Source: a virus (taxonomy: Duplodnaviria; Caudoviricetes). Taken from it: 64,000 nt of DNA. The stretch's first letter is position 1. Each line of letters begins with the position of its first letter. The DNA is taken from positions 1,965 to 65,964 of IMG/VR virus record IMGVR_UViG_3300031141_000005; one strand, given 5' to 3'. The translations under genes were made by a program, and so were the position numbers. Under the pieces are notes generated by a model. It saw only the letters and a program-made list of their open reading frames with translations. It did no database searches and was not told the origin of the DNA. Below, one piece after another: positions 48,059 through 56,558 of the stretch.

Positions 48059-48331
48059 TTAAAATCTATCGTTAGTTAATCCTAATTTAATTAGCTCTGT
48101 AACTTTCGTTATAACTATCTTACTTCCTAATGTACCTGAATGGCTTGTTCCTAACCTACCCATAAGGTATTGATTGTACCTTGGATCGTTAAGTAACTCT
48201 ATCGTGTTTCCTATACAGACTTCTTCGCTATGAGATTTCTGTGTCTTATTGTTTAAGACAACCTCCTTAGCTGCTCTCCTGTATTTCTGGTATGTATAGT
48301 CAACACGACAAAGGTACATATTCATTTTCAC
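48059..48331 (-). CDS. Hypothetical protein
   Basis: ORF in operon context. Confidence 0.6.
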   Translation of the reverse strand: MKMNMYLCRVDYTYQKYRRAAKEVVLNNKTQKSHSEEVCIGNTIELLNDPRYNQYLMGRLGTSHSGTLGSKIVITKVTELIKLGLTNDRF

Positions 48332-48855
48332 CTAACTATATTTGCTATTGAGCGTTTCAGCTTGGTGATGTTTCCTTTTAGTTGCATAATCTCTAACTGC
48401 TGTAACCTTAGAGCGTTATCATATAGAGACTTACTTTCCATACCTCTCTTCTGAGCTTCAAACAATTCTATATTGTTTAGTATAACCCTAAAGGCATTAT
48501 CAACCTTAGTCTCTGTTGCCCCGCTCTGGTTGTAGCATTCAAACATCTTACCTCTAAGGCTATAGATAGGTGGTACTACCTTCCTGTCTACAGCTTCCTT
48601 CAGGTCTTTCACATACGGGTCGTACTCTGAATCAGAGCTAACCTTATTGATGGAATGTAATACTGTAGCGTGATCTTTCTTTATAGCTATACCTATATCA
48701 GCTAAGCTGAGTCTTGTATGCTTTCTTAAGCAATAAGCTACCAGTTGTCTGGCAAACATAGGCTGTCTACGTCTAGTCTTAGACATAATCTCTTCCTTAC
48801 TGAGGCTTGTTAATTTCATTACAATACCAAAAGCTTCTTCTATTTCTTCGTTCAT
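48328..48855 (-). CDS. DnaA C-terminal (domain IV-like) HTH protein
   Basis: SK.RR....ARQ...Y..R.HT.LSL..IG....KDHATVLHSI.K. Confidence 0.85.
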   Translation of the reverse strand: MNEEIEEAFGIVMKLTSLSKEEIMSKTRRRQPMFARQLVAYCLRKHTRLSLADIGIAIKKDHATVLHSINKVSSDSEYDPYVKDLKEAVDRKVVPPIYSLRGKMFECYNQSGATETKVDNAFRVILNNIELFEAQKRGMESKSLYDNALRLQQLEIMQLKGNITKLKRSIANIVR

Positions 48856-48857
48856 CT

Positions 48858-49079
48858 TTATACTTCTAAGAAGATAGAGTTAGCGAACTCTTTATCGAGC
48901 TCTCCAATCTTCCCCTTGATTACTTTTTCCTTTTCCTTTGCTTCTAGTCTTTCAGCCTTTGTGCTGTCCGTTCCTAGATTAGATTGTACTACTGAGTTGT
49001 CGTGTAGTAGTACATCAATTTGCTTCCGTATCAGTTTGTTCGTGTTGTATCGGAATTCTCCGTGCGTTTTCTTTGCCAT
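48858..49079 (-). CDS. Hypothetical protein
   Basis: ORF overlapping the end of the GGCT gene. Confidence 0.6.
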   Translation of the reverse strand: MAKKTHGEFRYNTNKLIRKQIDVLLHDNSVVQSNLGTDSTKAERLEAKEKEKVIKGKIGELDKEFANSIFLEV

Positions 49080-49446
49080 AATCTCCTTCTTGATTGATTA
49101 GTGTACCCATTGAGCGTTCATTAAAATATAACCAGCAATCGAAATCTATCCCATCCTCTGTGTTAATCTTAACCATCTTCCTTTCGTACCATGTAGGGTG
49201 ACTCTCTAACATATCTAACATATCCATAGACTCTTGAGACACTAGGTATATCTCACCTTTTATCTTAGAGTATGGTATATTACTAGATACATACGGTATC
49301 CCTGACTCTGTCATTAAATACTCTTCATCGGTCTCACCCTTAGATATGAATACATCATCTTCTAGTAAGGCGTGATTATGAAACCCATATTTCAGGGTTC
49401 CATAAACAAATACCAACTTATCTTGAATTTCTAAATCGTTGCCCAT
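49015..49446 (-). CDS. Gamma-glutamylcyclotransferase-like (AIG2/GGCT) protein
   Basis: VFVYGTLK.G..NH, I.GE.Y.V and LD.LE..P.WY.R motifs. Confidence 0.9.
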   Translation of the reverse strand: MGNDLEIQDKLVFVYGTLKYGFHNHALLEDDVFISKGETDEEYLMTESGIPYVSSNIPYSKIKGEIYLVSQESMDMLDMLESHPTWYERKMVKINTEDGIDFDCWLYFNERSMGTLINQEGDYGKENARRIPIQHEQTDTEAN

Positions 49447-50231
49447 TATACTTCTAGTGCTTCGTTATTGTTATAGAATGTACATACCTCATCGTTGATG
49501 TATGTCTTGTAATCGTATAGTTGTCTTCTGTATGCTGACCTACCGCTATCTATGGAACTCCTACTCAACCTGTATACACCTACATTATGAGGAGCTTTAA
49601 GCTCTACCATAATAAAGTAGAAGTCTTTCTTCTGAGTACCATCTAAGTAGAATGCTCCCTGCTGGTTAGTATTCCAGGACTGTCGGAACTCTTCAAACTT
49701 CCATGGACTAGCACCCTGTCTCTCTGACGTAGTCTTTAAGTCTGCAAGCATGTCATCTTTTTCTATATCAACCTTACCTTTACATAAGACTCCAGTCTCT
49801 TCATCTTTCCAGAAGTGTATGGTCTCCGTCTTAGCCCCGTCCATAATGCTACGCACTACTGGATGGTTCATTAGGTTCTCTGCCATTATCTCGAACTTAA
49901 TCTTATAGGTCTCGCATACAGGTTCTAATCCTTCAGCGTTAGCTACAAACTCTTTGTATATAGCTTGACCTATCTTAGTCCTCTTGTCTACTTTTGGCAT
50001 CCATATGTACCTCTTAGAGAACTCATCTGGCTCCAAGAAATAGCAATGAAACGCAGAACCAAGGACTAAGGCAAGAGAGGAAGGGAAGATACTATTGATA
50101 TAGTGCTCTAAATTATGTGCTGACCCTCCTTTAATATTCTTAAGCATACTATTAGTTACGTACTTATAGTCTGCGAAATACGATTCATCATCGTATATGT
50201 ACTCATCGTTGAGTTTCTCTACCTTAATCAT
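49446..50231 (-). CDS. PD-(D/E)XK exonuclease, ExoVIII/RecE-like (DUF3799)
   Basis: S.LK, GSAFH..FLEP..F, CKGKVD, DLKTT and Q.AFY motifs. Confidence 0.85.
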   Translation of the reverse strand: MIKVEKLNDEYIYDDESYFADYKYVTNSMLKNIKGGSAHNLEHYINSIFPSSLALVLGSAFHCYFLEPDEFSKRYIWMPKVDKRTKIGQAIYKEFVANAEGLEPVCETYKIKFEIMAENLMNHPVVRSIMDGAKTETIHFWKDEETGVLCKGKVDIEKDDMLADLKTTSERQGASPWKFEEFRQSWNTNQQGAFYLDGTQKKDFYFIMVELKAPHNVGVYRLSRSSIDSGRSAYRRQLYDYKTYINDEVCTFYNNNEALEV

Positions 50232-50433
50232 CTGTGTTTTCTTTTTCTAGTTTAGCTTCTTCCCTCTTTTCTTCCTGGGCTTTCTTCATCTTAGTTAGCT
50301 TCTTTAAGCTAATAGTTATATTAAACTTCTTTCTAAGCTCACGTCTAACCTTCTTGAGGTCTATGTCGTTTACAGAGAACATATCTATAAGCATGTTTAT
50401 TAAGTTTGCTTGTTCTTTCTCTTCTTGTTTCAT
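50224..50433 (-). CDS. Hypothetical protein
   Basis: Small basic ORF resembling 47914-48057. Confidence 0.55.
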   Translation of the reverse strand: MKQEEKEQANLINMLIDMFSVNDIDLKKVRRELRKKFNITISLKKLTKMKKAQEEKREEAKLEKENTDD

Positions 50434-50522
50434 TTCCCTTTCGTTTTGTTTACTGACTTGTCGTATAGTATAAATACAACAACGAATACAGCTACTGCTG
50501 TTACAAATAATGCTTGTGTCAT
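50430..50522 (-). CDS. 30-aa single-TM micro-protein
   Basis: MTQALFVTAVAVFVVVFILYDKSVNKTKGK; starts at the repeat's ATG and has ATGA coupling downstream. Confidence 0.55.
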   Translation of the reverse strand: MTQALFVTAVAVFVVVFILYDKSVNKTKGK

Positions 50523-50523
50523 C

Positions 50524-50709
50524 TTAGTTTCTTTTTAGTTTATCTTGCTCCCAGTAGTATTCACACTCTGAGTTTCCGTCTTCGTCTACACCCTTGAATG
50601 GTGGGTTACCGAAGTACGACTGCATATATTCACTAGGTTCAACCTTAAACCTATGGCATGTTTCTTTTATAGTGCACATACCTCCTTCGCACATTGATAT
50701 ATCTGGCAT
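50524..50709 (-). CDS. Small Cys-rich protein (MPDISMC...C..C.R...C..YW)
   Basis: Four Cys residues; its stop codon lies within the degenerate repeat copy. Confidence 0.65.
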   Translation of the reverse strand: MPDISMCEGGMCTIKETCHRFKVEPSEYMQSYFGNPPFKGVDEDGNSECEYYWEQDKLKRN

Positions 50710-50710
50710 A

Positions 50711-50911
50711 TTATTTAGCTCTCGTTAATATATTGACGGGTTCTTTGCCTCGCCCTATTAGCAACTTATCTACTGCGATAGCTGCCTCTCTCTCTGTATC
50801 GAACTTAGTCCTACTAACTCCTCTCATGTTTACGAACCAACGCTGATCATTGCTTGTTTTAATGCTAGCAACATGTTTGTATTCGCTAGGAGCGTAATTC
50901 ATTTTGTTCAT
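50711..50911 (-). CDS. AP2-like DNA-binding micro-protein
   Basis: S.YK.V.....RW.......F.TEREAA.A.D.....G....N pattern. Confidence 0.6.
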   Translation of the reverse strand: MNKMNYAPSEYKHVASIKTSNDQRWFVNMRGVSRTKFDTEREAAIAVDKLLIGRGKEPVNILTRAK

Positions 50912-50912
50912 C

Positions 50913-51077
50913 TTAGTCTTGTTTTAGTTCGTTAGGGATTTCCATCCATCTAATTATTTCTCCTTTTAATGTAGTTTCCCACATATCTAACCATTCTGTA
51001 CTTGTGTAATAGCACAACTTGATGTAGCCGTTACTCATTCTACACACATAACTTCCTTCTTTTTTTGGTTGTTCCAT
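50913..51077 (-). CDS. 54-aa DUF551-like protein
   Basis: MEQPKKEGSYVC...YY...W...IIRWMEIPNELKQD (hand-translated). Confidence 0.65.
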   Translation of the reverse strand: MEQPKKEGSYVCRMSNGYIKLCYYTSTEWLDMWETTLKGEIIRWMEIPNELKQD

Positions 51078-51089
51078 CTTAGTCTTGTT

Positions 51090-51182
51090 TTAGTTGTTTA
51101 AAAATAGTATCGCCAAATAAAACACCCAAGTTGCCAATATTGAAGCTACGCACCATTCAAACAAGTTATTTTTCTTCTTCAT
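51090..51182 (-). CDS. 30-aa single-TM micro-protein
   Basis: MKKKNNLFEWCVASILATWVFYLAILFLNN (hand-translated). Confidence 0.55.
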   Translation of the reverse strand: MKKKNNLFEWCVASILATWVFYLAILFLNN

Positions 51183-51183
51183 C

Positions 51184-51303
51184 TTAGTCTTGTTTTAGTT
51201 GTTTAGCTTTTAGTTTAGCTAGCTTAGAATAGTAGTTAAACTTCTTTTTATCTTTTTGTTTGTAGAATTTCTTCTTACCAATCAATTCCTTAATGTCTGG
51301 CAT
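51184..51303 (-). CDS. 39-aa Lys-rich micro-protein
   Basis: MPDIKELIGKKKFYKQKDKKKFNYYSKLAKLKAKQLKQD (hand-translated). Confidence 0.55.
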   Translation of the reverse strand: MPDIKELIGKKKFYKQKDKKKFNYYSKLAKLKAKQLKQD

Positions 51304-51421
51304 ATTAGTCTTGTTTTAGTTAGTCCATAGTTGGGAAGGAATCCCGCCCTCCCCAACGCTGACTTTCAAATCCATTTCAAGATTTCTTTAGTAACACTCA
51401 CGCAGTCACCTCTCGTAATAG

Positions 51422-51564
51422 TCAAGGATGATGGAATCGAACCACCTTACTACTAACTGCATCTATGTATAGCCTTGTTCAGAACTTCGTGGGCATCAAT
51501 AGCAGAGCCTTTTATGTAGTACCTCCTCGATAGAGGCTCACAGCTCCAACTGTGACAATCCTTG
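51422..51564 (-). ncRNA. tRNA-like structured RNA with expanded central domain
   Basis: 7-bp acceptor stem CAAGGAT/ATCCTTG-A, T-arm GGTGG-TTCGATT-CCATC and internal hairpins; about 143 nt, no canonical anticodon arm. Confidence 0.55.
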
Positions 51565-51644
51565 GGGTTGCCTAGCTCCGTTCACTCAAGCAGTTTAGTA
51601 GCTAGGACTTTAGTTTGCAGCGTTCAAGTGGCTTGCTCTCTTTA

Positions 51645-51821
51645 CTATTGTCCGTACTGTCTACCATTTAAGGTAGCACCTTGTTGACGGAAGTTTCTGG
51701 GGGATACTTTTCTTGGGTGATATGTCACACCTCGATGTTCGACGCCCATTATTAATTGATATGCATTCCTTGTTACAGCCTTACCTGTAGTGTCTTTAGT
51801 AATTGGTTTAATCCTTGCCAT
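51645..51821 (-). CDS. 58-aa basic hypothetical protein
   Basis: MARIKPITKDTTGKAVTRNAYQLIMG...; TAATG-coupled to the RusA-like gene. Confidence 0.55.
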   Translation of the reverse strand: MARIKPITKDTTGKAVTRNAYQLIMGVEHRGVTYHPRKVSPRNFRQQGATLNGRQYGQ

Positions 51822-52219
51822 TATATGTGCTTTCCTTTAATCTTTTGGTTATCAGGTACGATGTCTATCACCACGCCTGCAGTTTCTTTGTCTACTTCGT
51901 AGCCTGTGAAGTATGGAACGATGTTAGTTATATCATCATCTTCTATCCAGAAATTCTTAACCATAAGGTCTTGAACAGTTTGAGCTGGGTTTATGTAGTC
52001 AAACTTTCTTCTTGTGCTTCTTATAAAATAGAACGATACATGGTATGGTGGCGATAGGTCCTTAGTTAATTCCTTGAACTTAGCCTTACCTTCTCTGTAT
52101 TCTGTTCTTGTATTCTTTATGTACTCTCTTGTTGTCTTACCGTTAATCAGATACTTGCCTGTCCATTGCTTGCTGTTCTTGCTAGACGAAACATTACCGT
52201 GTATATATATTCCTTTCAT
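51821..52219 (-). CDS. RusA-like Holliday junction resolvase
   Basis: GNV.SSKNS, RRKFDYIN....QDLM....IEDDD. Confidence 0.7.
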   Translation of the reverse strand: MKGIYIHGNVSSSKNSKQWTGKYLINGKTTREYIKNTRTEYREGKAKFKELTKDLSPPYHVSFYFIRSTRRKFDYINPAQTVQDLMVKNFWIEDDDITNIVPYFTGYEVDKETAGVVIDIVPDNQKIKGKHI

Positions 52220-52292
52220 ATTTGTGTGTTAAATATTCATTAACAGCAAGCCTCATCAAGAGACCTGCCGTTAAGAATACTATAGTTAGATA

Positions 52293-52844
52293 CTAAAATG
52301 GAGACCCAGTTGTCTGAGCTTCCCCTCCACTCAAGGCTGTAACATGTGCTTCATGCGCTGCTCTATATGCTGCTTGATCAGCTGGAGTTAAAGCTTTATT
52401 ATAGCTATCCTTCCATGTTATAGTGCGATCCATAGTTCCTGAGAACTTATAGTCTACTGAGGTACGAACGGTTGGTTCACCCGTATCCTTGTCGTTAGTC
52501 CAGTACTCTCTAGAGGCTAGACATACATTAACTTTATTACCTAAAGTTTCTTTACACGCTGTAGGGAATACATCAAAGTTCTTAGCCCCTGCGTTCTGTA
52601 AGAATCCCTTGAAGATTTCTGTACGTACTCTTGCGGCAGCTTCTGACGTTGACTCATCGATACCTTGGAATCTTAACTGTTGAATTCCTTTCTCATTGGA
52701 AACCTTAAACTCCACGTAAGGCTTACCTGTATATCCATCAATGGAATTTGAACTCTTCACCTCGTCCACTGTTACTGTGTGAACACCTGCTTGTAGGTAG
52801 TTGGTGGTTTCTTTTACTTCTGCTTTCTTTAAATCTGGAAACAT
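52293..52844 (-). CDS. Putative single-stranded DNA-binding protein (DUF669-like OB fold)
   Basis: YL.AG.H.V.V..V pattern and C-terminal ...SPF tail; directly downstream of the Sak4-like ATPase. Confidence 0.55.
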   Translation of the reverse strand: MFPDLKKAEVKETTNYLQAGVHTVTVDEVKSSNSIDGYTGKPYVEFKVSNEKGIQQLRFQGIDESTSEAAARVRTEIFKGFLQNAGAKNFDVFPTACKETLGNKVNVCLASREYWTNDKDTGEPTVRTSVDYKFSGTMDRTITWKDSYNKALTPADQAAYRAAHEAHVTALSGGEAQTTGSPF

Positions 52845-52866
52845 AATCGTTTTCTTTTAGTGTTAA

Positions 52867-53502
52867 TTAATTGTAATACTCTTCGCATTTCTCAATGACA
52901 TACTGTAGGTCATTATCTATATGTAGCTCATCGAACATCTCCATTGGGCTCTTTGCAGAGTCCTTACCTAGAGACTGTGTTCTAAATCTGTGCTTCATTC
53001 CGTCTTCGGCTAGATGATTGTCAGTGAATAGACATAGAACGAATTCCTTCTCTACTCTCTTCTTCCATCTGTTACCATCGACAGCAACATAACGCTCTTC
53101 TACACCCTCTCCGCTGTCGTATGCAGCGTCTATAGCTATATATACAACGTACTTGTCAGTGTTCTTGCTTATGTTTAATATCCTATCGATTTCCTTGTTG
53201 TAGAATGACCACACATCAAATCCTTTGAATCTTATATCAGCCTCTCTGTATATCATTTCGATAAGAGATGTGAATGATTCAATAACGATAACATCAATCT
53301 TGTCTGAGGCTAATGCTTGCGTTAAGGTCTTGTTGAATGTAGCCAGATCGGCAACAGGTACATTCTGGAAAGCCTTAGCTCCCTTGAATGGTAGTTGTTT
53401 TCTCTCTGTGTTTATGACCGCCGTTCTTGTGGGGTCAAGGTTCCGTAGTGATGTGCTCTTTCCTGAGCCACTCTTCCCTACGACAATGATGTTTGGTTTC
53501 AT
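52867..53502 (-). CDS. AAA_24/Sak4-like ATPase (ssDNA annealing)
   Basis: GKSGSGKSTS Walker A, K.LPFK and AKSP..MF...I.NDL; probable start at ATG 53502. Confidence 0.8.
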   Translation of the reverse strand: MKPNIIVVGKSGSGKSTSLRNLDPTRTAVINTERKQLPFKGAKAFQNVPVADLATFNKTLTQALASDKIDVIVIESFTSLIEMIYREADIRFKGFDVWSFYNKEIDRILNISKNTDKYVVYIAIDAAYDSGEGVEERYVAVDGNRWKKRVEKEFVLCLFTDNHLAEDGMKHRFRTQSLGKDSAKSPMEMFDELHIDNDLQYVIEKCEEYYN

Positions 53503-53735
53503 TTGTCTTTGGTTTTTAACTTTAAATAATCTTCCATGTTTAGCTTGTCGTCTTTCCTCCAAGTCTCTCTCGATGAACAAACAAACTTCATAAAGCCTCT
53601 AAGCATAACCTTCTCGTCCTTAGCGAATCTCTCCTCTAAGCTCTCGAAGGTTTTACTTATAGCTAGCTTGATTGTTTTCTTTGAATAAGGTAGCTGTTCT
53701 GCTATCCTATTTACTATGTCGTCTGTAGTTTTCAT
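53499..53735 (-). CDS. HU/IHF-like DNA-binding protein
   Basis: IV.RIAE...SK.......F..L......EKV.LRGF.KF. Confidence 0.75.
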   Translation of the reverse strand: MKTTDDIVNRIAEQLPYSKKTIKLAISKTFESLEERFAKDEKVMLRGFMKFVCSSRETWRKDDKLNMEDYLKLKTKDK

Positions 53736-53740
53736 TACCA

Positions 53741-53772
53741 CAAATATAGTGAATTAACCTGAATTGTGCAAA
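53741..53772 (-). promoter_or_regulatory. Full Bacteroidota sigma70-type promoter TTTG-N20-TATATTTG
   Basis: Minus strand TTTG cacaattcaggttaattcac TATATTTG, 5 nt before the HU ATG. Confidence 0.7.
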
Positions 53773-53783
53773 GTTTTCAACAG

Positions 53784-55085
53784 CTAAAACTTCTCTTCTA
53801 TCTCTACGAACTTGGTTAAGTAACCAATAAACTTCAGCCATTTGCTACCTATACCTATGTTCCTTCCCTTTGCGAATATAATCTCTGCCAGTCCTTCGGT
53901 GTTGTTACCGTTCTGGTCTTCAGTAAATCCGTAATACTCTGGTCTATAGACTAGTATAACTGCGTCTGCAGCTTGCTCTATCTCTCCTGACTCTCTAAGA
54001 TTAGAGAGCATAGGTCTAGAAGCTTCATTGCGTTCCACTCCCCTAGATAGTTGCGACAGGGCTAGTATAGTAATATCCAATTCCTTGGCTATGTTCTTCA
54101 AACCCCTAGCTATTTTAGCTATCTCTTGCTCTCTAGATGTTCCCTTAGCAGGACTAGAAACCAACTGTAGATAGTCTACCATAACCAGCTTAACTTTCTT
54201 AGTTACTACATACTGACGAATACGATTCAGTAAATACCTCAACGAAGTATTAGCACATTCATCTATATACAAATCAGTACGCTCAATAACACCCGTAGAG
54301 GTATGTATCTTAGCCCATTCGTCAGCAGTTAACGTACCCTTTAAGATGTACTTGTTATCAACCTCGGACTCAGCGCTCACAAGCCTAGCCATAAGCTGAT
54401 TGACAGACATCTCATAAGAGAATATAACTGTAGGATAATTCATAGCAGATGCGTTATACGCCAATGATAGTGAAAACGATGTCTTACCCATAGATGATGC
54501 ACCACCAATAATAATTAAATCTTGTGGTTGCCACCCACCTGTAAACTTATCTATGTTAGCGAACCCACTAGGGATTCCTGATAAGCCTTCGGTTGCGGCA
54601 TTCTTTTCAATCATCTTGATTACATCTCGTAATCTATCTGTCATCTCTACTATGCCTTCCTTAGACTCCGAGGTTATAGCGGTCATGCTAGTCTCTATCT
54701 TAGATACTGTAGAGTCAATCTCCTTACTATCTATATTCATCAAGACTTCTTCACATAATACTTTTATGTTCTTCTTCTTGTATAGGTTTGTAAGGTATTC
54801 GATGAGAGTCTCTATGTTTTGTGTGTATGCATCACCGTGTGATATACATAGACCTAGTTCATAGTCTAGTCCTTTCATTTTAAGGACACCTAACTCGGTC
54901 ATACACTTAAGCATGTCGAACTTATCACCCTTCTGATACTTGTCGTCTATCCACCCGAATATAGCTATCCTGTGCACTGACGAGAACAACTCCTTCTTTA
55001 GTAGTTGGTGTTGGTCGTAGTATGAGTTTGGTTTGTTCATTAGCCACCATAGTAGCGCTCTCTCTATGTCTTCATTATCGCTCAT
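53784..55085 (-). CDS. dnaB: Replicative DNA helicase
   Basis: G.PSGF..ID, GASSMGKT, FSYEMS, VDYLQL, LSQLSR and LRESGEIEQAAD motifs. Confidence 0.95.
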   Translation of the reverse strand: MSDNEDIERALLWWLMNKPNSYYDQHQLLKKELFSSVHRIAIFGWIDDKYQKGDKFDMLKCMTELGVLKMKGLDYELGLCISHGDAYTQNIETLIEYLTNLYKKKNIKVLCEEVLMNIDSKEIDSTVSKIETSMTAITSESKEGIVEMTDRLRDVIKMIEKNAATEGLSGIPSGFANIDKFTGGWQPQDLIIIGGASSMGKTSFSLSLAYNASAMNYPTVIFSYEMSVNQLMARLVSAESEVDNKYILKGTLTADEWAKIHTSTGVIERTDLYIDECANTSLRYLLNRIRQYVVTKKVKLVMVDYLQLVSSPAKGTSREQEIAKIARGLKNIAKELDITILALSQLSRGVERNEASRPMLSNLRESGEIEQAADAVILVYRPEYYGFTEDQNGNNTEGLAEIIFAKGRNIGIGSKWLKFIGYLTKFVEIEEKF

Positions 55086-55677
55086 CTCTACCCTTTATTT
55101 CTCGTTTAATAGTTAAGACATTGGGTAGGCTTATCTTCTCTAGTTCATCTGTCCATCTCTCGTTCTTTATCCATCTCTCAGGATTCTGTAGGTCGGGAAC
55201 AAACTTACCTAGAGCCGTCATTCTAACACCGTAGTCTATCTGATCTTTAAGAGAGCTTATGATAACTTCATACAGTTCATCGTTAGGTTTAAGTTTCATC
55301 CACTCATATAGAGCCTTCTTCTTACCTATCTTTGTTGGCACTATATGCCAGTATGTATTAAACTTAAGCTCTTGCTTAACTCTATCGGCTGGGGTTATCT
55401 TAGTTTTATTAACACTAAACAACCTTCTAGCCTTGGGCGTAAAGCTAAGGAAATCATATTTCAACAGCAAGTATCCATCAAATTCTAACTCTGTATAGCA
55501 CCTTTCTAATTGATCGTGCGTATACCCGTAGTACTCTTTTAGTACCTTGTGCCAGGTCTCGTGGTTGTCTGTATTGACATGCCAGTCTAAGACTAGGTAT
55601 GATAATAAACTCATACCCAAGTCATTAGCCTCGAACTCTCCTAAGAAATCATCGCATACCTTAGTTAGTTTAACCAT
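55075..55677 (-). CDS. Putative replication initiator/helicase loader
   Basis: wHTH-like N-terminus and F..YW...P.KIGKKKA...W.KL...P.RW....RW.DE; directly upstream of dnaB. Confidence 0.6.
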   Translation of the reverse strand: MVKLTKVCDDFLGEFEANDLGMSLLSYLVLDWHVNTDNHETWHKVLKEYYGYTHDQLERCYTELEFDGYLLLKYDFLSFTPKARRLFSVNKTKITPADRVKQELKFNTYWHIVPTKIGKKKALYEWMKLKPNDELYEVIISSLKDQIDYGVRMTALGKFVPDLQNPERWIKNERWTDELEKISLPNVLTIKREIKGRDER

Positions 55678-56558
55678 AGCCCGTCCTTCTTCATCTGGCT
55701 TACACTTAACTTTAAAGCTGTTGATACTATGTCTGAACCTTTACCGTTAAGGTTAAAGTCAAACCATTCATCGGTGTTAGATTCCTTAACCTTGTGTGTA
55801 AGGTAGTGAGTAACTCCATTAAATAATCCATAGTAACTAGAACCCTTCATCGCCATTTCACCTACGATACTTGCGTTTAGTTTCTCTCTCTTGTCTTTGG
55901 TTTCTTGTAGCACTCTCTTTCCGTCTACTCTTCCTACTAAGTTTAGTATCTCATCTACAAACTCTTGGCTTGGTGATGTCGTACCTAACTTCTTCATTAC
56001 TACACTTAATCCTGTAGTATTACGGTGTATCAACTCATCGAGCTTGTTGTGCTCAGTGATACCCTCCATTCTTTTGGTGTGCTTAATTATGTGCTGGTTG
56101 TCTTTGTCAGCCATAAGCAATCCAAACATGTTAGAACAGCTATGTAGCTTAGTTGTAATACCAAACGCTAACCTAGCTGATCCATCGTGAGATGATACTG
56201 CATATACATATGTATCTGCCATCTCTGAACCGAAGTCTACCTGCTTGTCTATCTTGATGAAGAAGAATACTTTTCTACCTCCTCTAAACATACCGCACTT
56301 AGACTTACTCAAATCGTACCGTTCATCGCCTATCTTTTCTAATATAACATCTAGTAGGTCGTTGTTCTGTTTGACCACGTATCTATCCGTCACGCAACCT
56401 AGTGGGGTTCTCGTGTCGTTTCTTAGTGTTGTGTAGAATGGTGTGTCGTCGTATCCTTGTAGGTCTGACGCTTCTGTAAACATTTTCTGCTTACTTACGG
56501 TAAAGTTAAGCCCTCCTCTTTCGAGAAAGGCTACTTTGTTTATTTCTGTACTATTCAT
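55665..56558 (-). CDS. DUF932/DUF945-family protein
   Basis: GLNF.V.K, R.D...LG.V..RY...QN, SHDGS, C.N, KHT and FN.VT.Y.TH motifs. Confidence 0.8.
   Translation of the reverse strand: MNSTEINKVAFLERGGLNFTVSKQKMFTEASDLQGYDDTPFYTTLRNDTRTPLGCVTDRYVVKQNNDLLDVILEKIGDERYDLSKSKCGMFRGGRKVFFFIKIDKQVDFGSEMADTYVYAVSSHDGSARLAFGITTKLHSCSNMFGLLMADKDNQHIIKHTKRMEGITEHNKLDELIHRNTTGLSVVMKKLGTTSPSQEFVDEILNLVGRVDGKRVLQETKDKREKLNASIVGEMAMKGSSYYGLFNGVTHYLTHKVKESNTDEWFDFNLNGKGSDIVSTALKLSVSQMKKDGLWLN

Larger units (their letters stand above)
50520..51321 (-). repeat. Five copies of 21-bp gene-junction repeat AACTAAAACAAGACTAA(G/T)ATG
   Basis: Copies at 50520-50540 (degenerate), 50909-50929, 51075-51095, 51180-51200 and 51301-51321. 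Confidence 0.92.

Noticed and set aside
50520-51321. CRISPR array
   Set aside because: Spacers are about 84-370 bp, variable in length and protein-coding; the repeat is not palindromic and no cas genes are present.
51422-51564. Canonical tRNA or tmRNA
   Set aside because: No standard 7-nt anticodon loop, no Ala-type acceptor identity and no tag ORF; kept only as a tRNA-like element.
51728-51745. CACCTCGATGT resembling a 23S rRNA segment
   Set aside because: Only about 11 nt, inside a plausible ORF; a chance match.
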